Positions 47,767 through 55,684 of a stretch of 64,000 nt of DNA are shown here, piece after piece. The notes beneath the pieces are model-generated. The model was not told the origin of the DNA. It ran no database searches and saw only the letters and a list, made by a program, of their open reading frames with translations. Origin of the DNA: an uncultured Actinomycetota bacterium (GTDB lineage: Bacteria; Actinomycetota; Humimicrobiia; Humimicrobiales; Humimicrobiaceae); NCBI GenBank assembly GCA_964563645.1, contig CAZLXJ010000055.1, forward strand, positions 6,920 to 70,919, in the 5' to 3' direction. Each line of letters begins with the position of its first letter. Within the stretch, counting starts at the first letter, position 1. The position numbers and the translations under genes are program-made.

Positions 47767-48159
47767 ATGATAGTAGCAATAACTTCAAGCGGTAAAACAC
47801 CGGAATCTTCAGTAGATCCCAGATTCGGAAGGTGTCCATACTATATATTATATGATACTGATAAGGAGACTTTTGAAGCAATAGATAATTCGGGCCAGAG
47901 TGCTTATGGCGGTGCCGGGGTACAGGCTGCACAGGCTGTATCAGACATGAATGCAGATGTACTCATAACAGCCAATATAGGGCCGAATGCCTTCCGTGTT
48001 CTTGATTCAGCAGGGATAAAGGTATATTCCGGGGTATCGGGTACCGTAGAAAAGGCAATAGATGATTTTAAAAATGGTTCACTGAAACCGGTCTCTTCAC
48101 CAAATGTGGGGCATAAGCACGGAATAGGGCCCGGTACCGGAAATGGAGGCCAAAGATAA
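47767..48159 (+). CDS. NifX/NifB-family small protein, copy 2
   Basis: VDPRFGRCPYYILYD..VLITANIGPNAFRVL..GIKVY. Confidence 0.8.
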   Translation: MIVAITSSGKTPESSVDPRFGRCPYYILYDTDKETFEAIDNSGQSAYGGAGVQAAQAVSDMNADVLITANIGPNAFRVLDSAGIKVYSGVSGTVEKAIDDFKNGSLKPVSSPNVGHKHGIGPGTGNGGQR

Positions 48160-48997
48160 ATTGAAGATTTCCATAGCAAGCGGGAAAGGCGGAACGGGAA
48201 AGACTTCTGTAGCGGTAAGTATAGCCAGGTCAATTGGATATTGCCAGTTTTTTGATTATGATGTCGAAGCGCCGAATGCAAGTTTTTTCCTGAAACCTGA
48301 TATAGAAAATGTAGAAAAAGTTACAATGAGGCAGCCCTATTTTCTATCCGGTACCGGTGCTGATTTTAGCAAATGTGTGGATTTCTGCCGTTTTAACGCT
48401 ATTGCATATGTAAAAGGGAAGGTTGTATTTTTCCCCGAACTGTGCCACGGGTGCGGCGGTTGTATGCTGGTAGGCCCGCCTGGCGCCGTAAAAGAAAAAG
48501 ACGTTGAGGTAGGAAAAGTTATGAGGGGAAAGGCAAGTCCGGGAATTGATTTTATAATGGGGGATCTCAACCCGGGAAGCCTCCGTACAGTAACCGTGCA
48601 GGCGAAACTTGATGAATATATTGATGAAAGCCGGACAGTAATAATGGACTGTCCTCCAGGGACATCATGCCCCATGGTTGCAGCTGTAAAAAACAGTGAT
48701 TTCTGCATCCTCGTTACTGAGCCCACACCCTTTGGCCTGAATGACTTGGAAATATCCGTAGAAGTTTTAAAAAAACTGGGAATACCTCATGGAGTTATAA
48801 TAAACCGCGATGGGATTGGTGATGATTCGGTCGAGAAGTTCTGTAATAAAAAAAGCATAAAGATTCTTGAAAAAATACCCAATGACATAAATATTGCAAA
48901 AGCATATTCGGAGGGCATAACCATACCTGAATATAATAAGGAATGGATAAAAAGGTTTATGGCAGTGGTAGACCTGATAGAAAAGGAAAATAAATGA
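48143..48997 (+). CDS. MinD/ParA-type P-loop ATPase with degenerate ferredoxin insert
   Basis: Deviant Walker A SGKGGTGKTS. The insert retains only CVDFC and CHGCGGC. Overlaps the upstream and downstream genes. Confidence 0.8.
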   Translation: MEAKDKLKISIASGKGGTGKTSVAVSIARSIGYCQFFDYDVEAPNASFFLKPDIENVEKVTMRQPYFLSGTGADFSKCVDFCRFNAIAYVKGKVVFFPELCHGCGGCMLVGPPGAVKEKDVEVGKVMRGKASPGIDFIMGDLNPGSLRTVTVQAKLDEYIDESRTVIMDCPPGTSCPMVAAVKNSDFCILVTEPTPFGLNDLEISVEVLKKLGIPHGVIINRDGIGDDSVEKFCNKKSIKILEKIPNDINIAKAYSEGITIPEYNKEWIKRFMAVVDLIEKENK

Positions 48998-49863
48998 AAC
49001 AGATTGCTATAATAAGTGGAAAAGGCGGTACCGGAAAGACAACAATAACTTCAAGTTTCATAAAACTTGCAGGAGACCAGGTATCAGTGGATTGTGATGT
49101 AGATGCCGCAAATCTACATATAATGCTCTCACCGGTAATCAAAGAAAGCAATGATTTCATCGGCGGCGAAGTAGCGAAGGTAACAGGGGAATGCATACAG
49201 TGCGGTCAATGTGAGCAGGCCTGCAGATTTATGGCTATAAGTGATTCTGAGACAGACATAAAAATAGATCCGGTCAAATGTGAAGGTTGCGGGGTTTGTG
49301 AAGAAATATGCCCCGTAGACGCAATAGAGCTATTTTCTGAAAAACAGGGAACCTATTATATATCCGAGACTAAATACGGCCCGATGGTTCATGCCAGGCT
49401 GGATCCAGGAGCAGAAAACTCGGGGCTTATAGTATCAAGGATAAGGGAGATTGCTGAAGATATTGCAATAAAGAATAATAAGAAGGCAATATTAATAGAC
49501 GGTGCTCCCGGTATTGGATGTCCTGTTATTTCTTCATTAAATGGAGTGGACTATTCACTTATAGTAACCGAGCCGACACTTTCGGGAATTAGTGATTTTA
49601 AAAAAGCACATGAATTAACAAAATTTTTTAATGTAGAAACTTTTGTATGCATTAATAAATCAGATCTTAATGAGAAAAACAGCCGTATCATAGCTGATTA
49701 CTGCAGTGATAACGGCCTTACACTTCTTGGGGAGATACCTTATGATGAAATGGTCCCTGCAGCACTATCCAGAAAGAAATTTATAATAGATAATCCAGAA
49801 AGTCCTGCTGCAAAGAAGATTATTGAGTTCTGGGACAAGTTAAAGAAGATACTTTTTTCTTAA
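48994..49863 (+). CDS. MinD/ParA-type P-loop ATPase with intact 2x[4Fe-4S] ferredoxin insert
   Basis: SGKGGTGKTT. CIQCGQCEQAC and CEGCGVCEEICP motifs. ATGA overlap with the preceding ATPase gene. Confidence 0.8.
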   Translation: MKQIAIISGKGGTGKTTITSSFIKLAGDQVSVDCDVDAANLHIMLSPVIKESNDFIGGEVAKVTGECIQCGQCEQACRFMAISDSETDIKIDPVKCEGCGVCEEICPVDAIELFSEKQGTYYISETKYGPMVHARLDPGAENSGLIVSRIREIAEDIAIKNNKKAILIDGAPGIGCPVISSLNGVDYSLIVTEPTLSGISDFKKAHELTKFFNVETFVCINKSDLNEKNSRIIADYCSDNGLTLLGEIPYDEMVPAALSRKKFIIDNPESPAAKKIIEFWDKLKKILFS

Positions 49864-50039
49864 AATATAGAAATCCTGGAATAAAATTTTAATTTACTCC
49901 TTAATGTTATTGTAAATTTTATCTGAATTTATTTACATTAAAAATATTTTTTTCAAACATGTTAAAAAAGTAATATGCTCTTTTTACCAATAAAGAGACT
50001 ATTTAGTATATTAAAAAATTAAACCAGGGAGGCCGGATA

Positions 50040-51605
50040 ATGACAGGGCCAATAGCAGGAGATCCCTTATCCGGGATGGAAGGCCATCTTAGCATAGAGG
50101 TGGATGTTGAAAGTGGAGTAGTATCGGATGTACGGAGTTCAGCTGAAATATTTAAAGGCTGGAATATTGTATTGAAGGAAAGAAATCCTCTGGATGCACC
50201 CGTAACTGTTCAGAGGATATGCGGAACCTGTCCCCAGTCCCACGGTTATGCTTCAGCAATATGCCTGGATGATGCTCTTGGGACAAAACCTCCTTCAAAT
50301 GGCAGGATAATCAGGAATCTCATACTTGGCTCAAATTTTATACAATCCCATATTTTTAATTTTTATCATCTTTCAATGCTGGATTATGTGGACATAAAAG
50401 CAGTACTTAAATACAGGGGTTCAGATTCCAGACTGATAAAAATAAGAGACCGGATTAAACATTATATTGATTCGGGAGAATATTATACAAGATCATCATT
50501 AATTTCAGTATGTAAAGGTGACTATATAGAAGATTATGAAATGAATATCAAATCAATAGACAATTATTTAAAGGCTCTTGAAATAAGAAGAAAATCAAAT
50601 GAAATACTCTGTATATGGGGCGGTAAGATGCCTTATATACAGACATTTTCTCCCGGACGTGTGTACGTAAAACCTGATATTGGAAATATTAAAGCTTTCA
50701 AAGCAGGTCTGGCCGATATTCAGGCTTTTATAAATAATATTTATATTCCGGATATTATCGATATTGTAAGAATATTTCCTGAGTGGCTAAAAATAGGAAA
50801 AGGTAATGGAAATTTCTCTTCCTGCGGAGGTTTTCCGATGGATGACGGCAATAGTAAATATTTATTTGATTCCGGTGAATATATTGAAGGAGAAATGAGA
50901 GATTTTAATCCCGAAGCTGTTACGGGTGATGCCAGATATTTAAAATATCCTGCAGCCCCGGATATTCATTTACTTAAAGAAAATAATGTATATGATACAA
51001 ATAAAAATAATGACAGTTTACGGATAAAAGCACAGGGATATAAGGAAAAAGCTTCAGAAACCGGTCCACTGGCAAGAATTATTATTTCATATATGCAAAA
51101 AAGCCCCGGAAGTGAAATAAAAAGTCTGGTGGATAGTATTCTGGAAGTACATGGTGCCGGGAAAGAAATACTTGACTCAACAATGGGGAGACATATAACC
51201 CGTGCACTTGAATGCAAAATTATAGCAGATAATATGCAGAAATGGGTAGATGAGCTCATTGAAGGGAAATCAGTATACAATGAGTCTATAAAAATACCGG
51301 TAGAATCAGAAGGTAAGGCATTAGCAGAAGTACCCAGGGGTTCTCTTGGACACTGGATGACTATTAAAAATAAAAAAATAGACAGTTACCAGGTATTTTC
51401 ACCTTCAGCAAGGACCATGAGCTCCAGAGACGATAATAAGGATATGAGCACCTTTGAACAGGCATTACTGGGAACACCTATGCGGGACCCTGAAAATCCA
51501 ATTGAAGCAGTCAGGGTAGTAAGATCATTTGACCCCTGTATTTCATGTATTATAAAAACTATTGATAAAGGTAAAGAAATATCAAAATTTAAAATTAAAA
51601 TATGA
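50040..51605 (+). CDS. [NiFe]-hydrogenase large-subunit homolog (no adjacent small subunit)
   Basis: GMEGHL, RICGTCPQSH, SHIFNFYHL, EVPRGSLGHW, SFDPCISC. GGGAGG RBS. Confidence 0.85.
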   Translation: MTGPIAGDPLSGMEGHLSIEVDVESGVVSDVRSSAEIFKGWNIVLKERNPLDAPVTVQRICGTCPQSHGYASAICLDDALGTKPPSNGRIIRNLILGSNFIQSHIFNFYHLSMLDYVDIKAVLKYRGSDSRLIKIRDRIKHYIDSGEYYTRSSLISVCKGDYIEDYEMNIKSIDNYLKALEIRRKSNEILCIWGGKMPYIQTFSPGRVYVKPDIGNIKAFKAGLADIQAFINNIYIPDIIDIVRIFPEWLKIGKGNGNFSSCGGFPMDDGNSKYLFDSGEYIEGEMRDFNPEAVTGDARYLKYPAAPDIHLLKENNVYDTNKNNDSLRIKAQGYKEKASETGPLARIIISYMQKSPGSEIKSLVDSILEVHGAGKEILDSTMGRHITRALECKIIADNMQKWVDELIEGKSVYNESIKIPVESEGKALAEVPRGSLGHWMTIKNKKIDSYQVFSPSARTMSSRDDNKDMSTFEQALLGTPMRDPENPIEAVRVVRSFDPCISCIIKTIDKGKEISKFKIKI

Positions 51606-51671
51606 AAGATAAGAAAGAATAGGAAATAATGGTACAGGTACCTGTTTTTAAATTAATAGTGAATTTATGAA

Positions 51672-52013
51672 ATGCACGAATATTCCATAACATCTTCAAT
51701 AATTAATATCCTTGAGGATATTGTAAAAAAAAATAATTTGAGCAGTGTAAAAAAAGTAAAGTTTGAATTAAGTCCGATTTCAAATATTGAACCCGAATCA
51801 ATAAGATTCTATTATGATTTCTTAACTAAAGATAACAGCAGATTAAAAGGGGCAAAGCTTATGTTTAGTGTTATAGATTTTAAACTGGAATGCAGAAAAT
51901 GCGGAAAACTTTTTAGATCAAAAGAGCTTTTACCTGTATGTCCTGCATGCGGCAGCCGCATGATAAAAGTAAGAGAATCGGATGACATAAGGATAATTTC
52001 AGTGGAAGCCTGA
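51672..52013 (+). CDS. hypA: Hydrogenase nickel-insertion protein HypA
   Basis: MHE N-terminus, CRKCGK..CPACGS zinc site, 113 aa. Confidence 0.85.
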   Translation: MHEYSITSSIINILEDIVKKNNLSSVKKVKFELSPISNIEPESIRFYYDFLTKDNSRLKGAKLMFSVIDFKLECRKCGKLFRSKELLPVCPACGSRMIKVRESDDIRIISVEA

Positions 52014-52588
52014 TTTAATTACAGGGCCGGATAAAAAGATCCATGCCGGCAGCATAACAGACTCATATTTTGAATGAGTGCAGTGTAACCCGTCGTATTT
52101 ATAACCAGAATGGGAATCTCAGGGAGATAATGGATATGGAGTTTTCTATGGAGTATATGAGATATCCCATAAGAGAAAAATAGACATTTGTAAGGCTGCT
52201 GCGACATACCTGGATTTGGCAGGATGGAAGAAACCGGCAATATTAAGGGGCATCCATCCCAAAGACAAGTTTTTTTATTGACTTAAGTAGAATTTATAAG
52301 ATAAAATAAATAATATATTTAAATATAAGAATTACCAGATTTATAATTATCTGCACATTTTTTAGGGTTATTAGCAATAAATTGCTATTGTATAAGTAAT
52401 ATTATAGATTTTATATATTAATAAAAATATTGCTAATGATATTTTTAAAGAAGATGAAAGGATTTTTTTTAAAAATAGTATAAATTTTATTATAGCTTAG
52501 TTTAAAAACATTACTCATATAATAATTAGAGTAAAAGTAGTATTAATAAAAGTTAGTATTTATAAAAAAATTTGTGTAAATATATTAT

Positions 52589-52614
52589 AAGTCGAGGTAG
52601 TTCTCGACTTTTTT
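52589..52614 (+). terminator. Stem-loop plus T-run immediately upstream of the rny RBS (terminator, attenuator or 5' stabiliser)
   Basis: AAGTCGAG-GTAGTT-CTCGACTT followed by TTTTG. Lies 6 nt before CAGGAGG. Confidence 0.45.
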
Positions 52615-52634
52615 GTTTATCAGGAGGTTAAAGA

Positions 52635-54176
52635 ATGGATATATGGATAACACTTTTAATAGTTGTAATTTCTATTATTGTAGGATTTTTTATAGGGTTT
52701 TCCTACCGTAAATATATTATTGATAACAAGGCAGGATCTGCTGCAGAAAAAGCATCTATGCTTTTAGAGAATGCAAAAAAAGAGGCCAATACGATAAAAA
52801 AAGAAGCTATTCTGGAGGGCAGGGAAGAGATACAGCAGCTTAAGAGCTTTACCGAGGATGACATAAGAAAACAAAAATCCGAGTTAAAGAAGATAGAGGA
52901 CAGGTTAATAAGCAGGGAAGAGTCTCTTGAAAAAAAGGCCGTTTATCTGGATAAAAAAGAGCAATCAACGGGAAACAGGATAACTGAACTGGATAAAAAG
53001 AATAAAAAACTGGATGAAATATTAAAGAAGGAGATTTTAAAGCTGGAGGCAATTGCCGAACTTACCAGGGAAGAAGCAAGAGCCATACTGACAAAGAAAA
53101 TTGAAGATGAAGCTAAATATGAAGCAGCCAAGAAGATAAGAGAAATAGAAGCAAAACTTAAGGAGGATTCAGATAAAACGGCAAGAAAAATAATCTCGCA
53201 GGCTATACAGAGATGCGCAATAGACCATGTTAGCGAGACGACTGTTTCTGTTGTAAATCTTCCGAATGATGAGATGAAGGGAAGGATAATAGGAAGAGAA
53301 GGAAGAAACATAAGAGTATTCGAGAATCTTACAGGGATTAACATAATAGTAGACGACACGCCCGAAGCAGTCATACTGTCTTCATTTGATCCTGTTAGAA
53401 GGGAAATAGCAAGGGTTACACTTGAAAACCTGATATTGGATGGAAGGATACACCCTGCCCGCATAGAGGAGATGTATGAAAAGGCAAGCAAGATAATAAA
53501 TAACGAGATAAAACTTGAGGGAGAGCAGGCTGTATTTGATACAGGTATATCAGGATTGAACCAGGGGATTATAAAAGTGCTTGGAAGATTAAAATACAGG
53601 ACAAGCTATGGACAGAATGTTCTCCTGCATTCAAAAGAAGTCGCATATATTGCTGGAATAATAGCTGCCGAACTGGGACTGAACATCAAAAAAGCAAAAA
53701 GGGCGGGACTCTTACACGATATTGGGAAAGCATTGACTCATGATATTGATGGTTCCCATGCTATAATTGGTGCAGAACTTGCCAGAAGGCTTCATGAAGA
53801 TGAAGAAATATGTCATGCAATAGAAGCACACCATAGTGAGGTGGAAGTTAAATCTATCCTTGATGTGATAATCCAGTCAGCTGATCAGATATCGGGTGGA
53901 AGGCCCGGAGCCCGTAGGGAAACTATTGAAAGTTATGTTAAAAGACTCGAATCACTTGAAAGGATAGCTGCAGAATTTAAAGGCATAGAAAAAGCTTTTG
54001 CAATTCAGGCTGGCAGAGAGATAAGGGTAATGGTAAGGCCGGAGGAAGTAGATGAGGACATGGCAATGGTAATTGCCAGAGATATAGCCAATAAGATTGA
54101 AAGTGAGATGGAGTATCCGGGACAGATAAAGGTTACTGTAATAAGAGAAAGCCGGGCAATAGAATATGCAAAATAG
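52635..54176 (+). CDS. rny: Ribonuclease Y
   Basis: N-terminal TM helix, coiled coil, KH (GRIIGREGRNIR) and HD (LLHDIGK) domains. Confidence 0.95.
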   Translation: MDIWITLLIVVISIIVGFFIGFSYRKYIIDNKAGSAAEKASMLLENAKKEANTIKKEAILEGREEIQQLKSFTEDDIRKQKSELKKIEDRLISREESLEKKAVYLDKKEQSTGNRITELDKKNKKLDEILKKEILKLEAIAELTREEARAILTKKIEDEAKYEAAKKIREIEAKLKEDSDKTARKIISQAIQRCAIDHVSETTVSVVNLPNDEMKGRIIGREGRNIRVFENLTGINIIVDDTPEAVILSSFDPVRREIARVTLENLILDGRIHPARIEEMYEKASKIINNEIKLEGEQAVFDTGISGLNQGIIKVLGRLKYRTSYGQNVLLHSKEVAYIAGIIAAELGLNIKKAKRAGLLHDIGKALTHDIDGSHAIIGAELARRLHEDEEICHAIEAHHSEVEVKSILDVIIQSADQISGGRPGARRETIESYVKRLESLERIAAEFKGIEKAFAIQAGREIRVMVRPEEVDEDMAMVIARDIANKIESEMEYPGQIKVTVIRESRAIEYAK

Positions 54177-55329
54177 TACTGATCTAAATAGATTTTTAGA
54201 GCAGTTAAATATTAAAGATTCTCTTAGTGTTGAAGAAGACCTTGGAGATGGATATGTAAGGTTAAAGATATCAGAAGCTGAAAGAAGGCAGGCATTCCAG
54301 GATATAAACTGCGTGGAAGATATATTCGTGGAGTTGCTGAGAAACAGCAGGGATGCCGGAAGTAAGAATATATTCATAGGGACAAAAAAAATAAAAGATA
54401 AATCCCGGTTTATACATTTTATAGATGACGGTAATGGAATTCCCGAAAATCTTAAAAATCTAATATTCGAAGCCAGGGTAACATCTAAACTGGAGGATGG
54501 TATCAAAGACTCTTATGGTTTTCACGGAAGGGGAATGGCACTGTTCTCAATAAAGTTAAATGCAAGAGATATAAAGCTTACATTTTCGGATAAATCCAGG
54601 GGTGCATCTTTTTTCCTGGATATAAACCTTGATGATCTTCCTGAAAAAAAGGACCAGTCTCTGACACCTGAAATAATTAAAATGGATGATGACGTAAACA
54701 TTATTGGCGGTGTAAATAATATTATAAAGACTATTATAGAATTTCAGCTGCAGTATAGGGATATAAATTTTTATTATGGTACGCCAATACAGATACTGGC
54801 AACAATGAAAGAAGATTTAAGGAGGAAAAATAAGAATGCCGTTTTTCCAAAATTTAACGAGTGGGAAGAACTAAATGATTTTATTTCCAGAAAGAATATA
54901 AAAGTAACAGAAATACCGGCCCTCACGGATAATTATAATCTAATGGAGGAGATAGCAAAAAAAATATTTAATATGGATATTTCCAGAAGGGGAATACAGA
55001 GGATAATATATAACGAAATAAAGCCCCTTCATCCATTAAAAATTGAACTTTTAAATCATACAGTTATAGATGGCGGGACGGGCAGATATAAAAAAGATGA
55101 ATCTAAAAAAATTAATAAAAAAAACCTTAAACTAAAATTATTTGACGAAGCGAGACTTGCAAGCAGGTTTAAAGATGAGGAAATAAAGAGTATAATTGAC
55201 TCACTAAAAGAACAATTCAATCGATTAGGTGAAAAATATTTTGTAAATATAGATAAAGATATTAAATTTAGTAGAAGTAATAATATAATCAAAATAATAA
55301 TTGAACTGATTGATAAAGAAAACCAGTAA
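54166..55329 (+). CDS. GHKL-superfamily ATPase with MutL-like motif order, divergent C-terminal half
   Basis: ELLRNSRDAG (N box), DDGNGIP, ARVTSKL, YGFHGRGMALFS. No MutL C-terminal endonuclease motif and no His-kinase DHp region. Confidence 0.6.
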   Translation: MQNSTDLNRFLEQLNIKDSLSVEEDLGDGYVRLKISEAERRQAFQDINCVEDIFVELLRNSRDAGSKNIFIGTKKIKDKSRFIHFIDDGNGIPENLKNLIFEARVTSKLEDGIKDSYGFHGRGMALFSIKLNARDIKLTFSDKSRGASFFLDINLDDLPEKKDQSLTPEIIKMDDDVNIIGGVNNIIKTIIEFQLQYRDINFYYGTPIQILATMKEDLRRKNKNAVFPKFNEWEELNDFISRKNIKVTEIPALTDNYNLMEEIAKKIFNMDISRRGIQRIIYNEIKPLHPLKIELLNHTVIDGGTGRYKKDESKKINKKNLKLKLFDEARLASRFKDEEIKSIIDSLKEQFNRLGEKYFVNIDKDIKFSRSNNIIKIIIELIDKENQ

Positions 55330-55341
55330 CATAGTAAAGAT

Positions 55342-55614
55342 ATGGAAAAAGACATAAAACTTTTAAAAGTATCCTCAAAATCAAAACCAAATTCCGTAGC
55401 CGGAGCCATAGCCGGCATAATAAGGTCAGATCAAAAGGTGCAGGTACAGACAATAGGAGCGGGAGCACTTAACCAGGCGATAAAAGGTGTTGCAATTGCC
55501 AGAGGATTTATTGCTCCCACAGGGCAGGAAATTATATGTGTACCTTTCTTTAAGGACATAGAAGTAAACGGGGAAACAAAAACAGCTATAGTGCTTAACA
55601 TCGAATCAAGATGA
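55342..55614 (+). CDS. spoVS: SpoVS-family protein
   Basis: LKVSSKSKPNSVAGAIAGIIR..IGAGALNQAIKGVAIARGF. Confidence 0.9.
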   Translation: MEKDIKLLKVSSKSKPNSVAGAIAGIIRSDQKVQVQTIGAGALNQAIKGVAIARGFIAPTGQEIICVPFFKDIEVNGETKTAIVLNIESR

Positions 55615-55684
55615 AGGGCTGCATTCTGTTTTACCATACTTAATAAACATTCTATATTTACAAATTACACTTATATTTTCAATT

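Noticed and set aside
50040-51605. Possible selenocysteine ([NiFeSe]) recoding in the hydrogenase large subunit
   Set aside because: The ORF is uninterrupted and the C-terminal motif is DPCISC with Cys at both positions. There is no in-frame TGA.
52019-52240. 73-aa minus-strand ORF downstream of hypA
   Set aside because: Non-ATG start, no RBS and no recognisable family. Neighbouring frames look like broken continuations, so it is treated as possible gene debris (see the finding on 52014-52634), not a gene.
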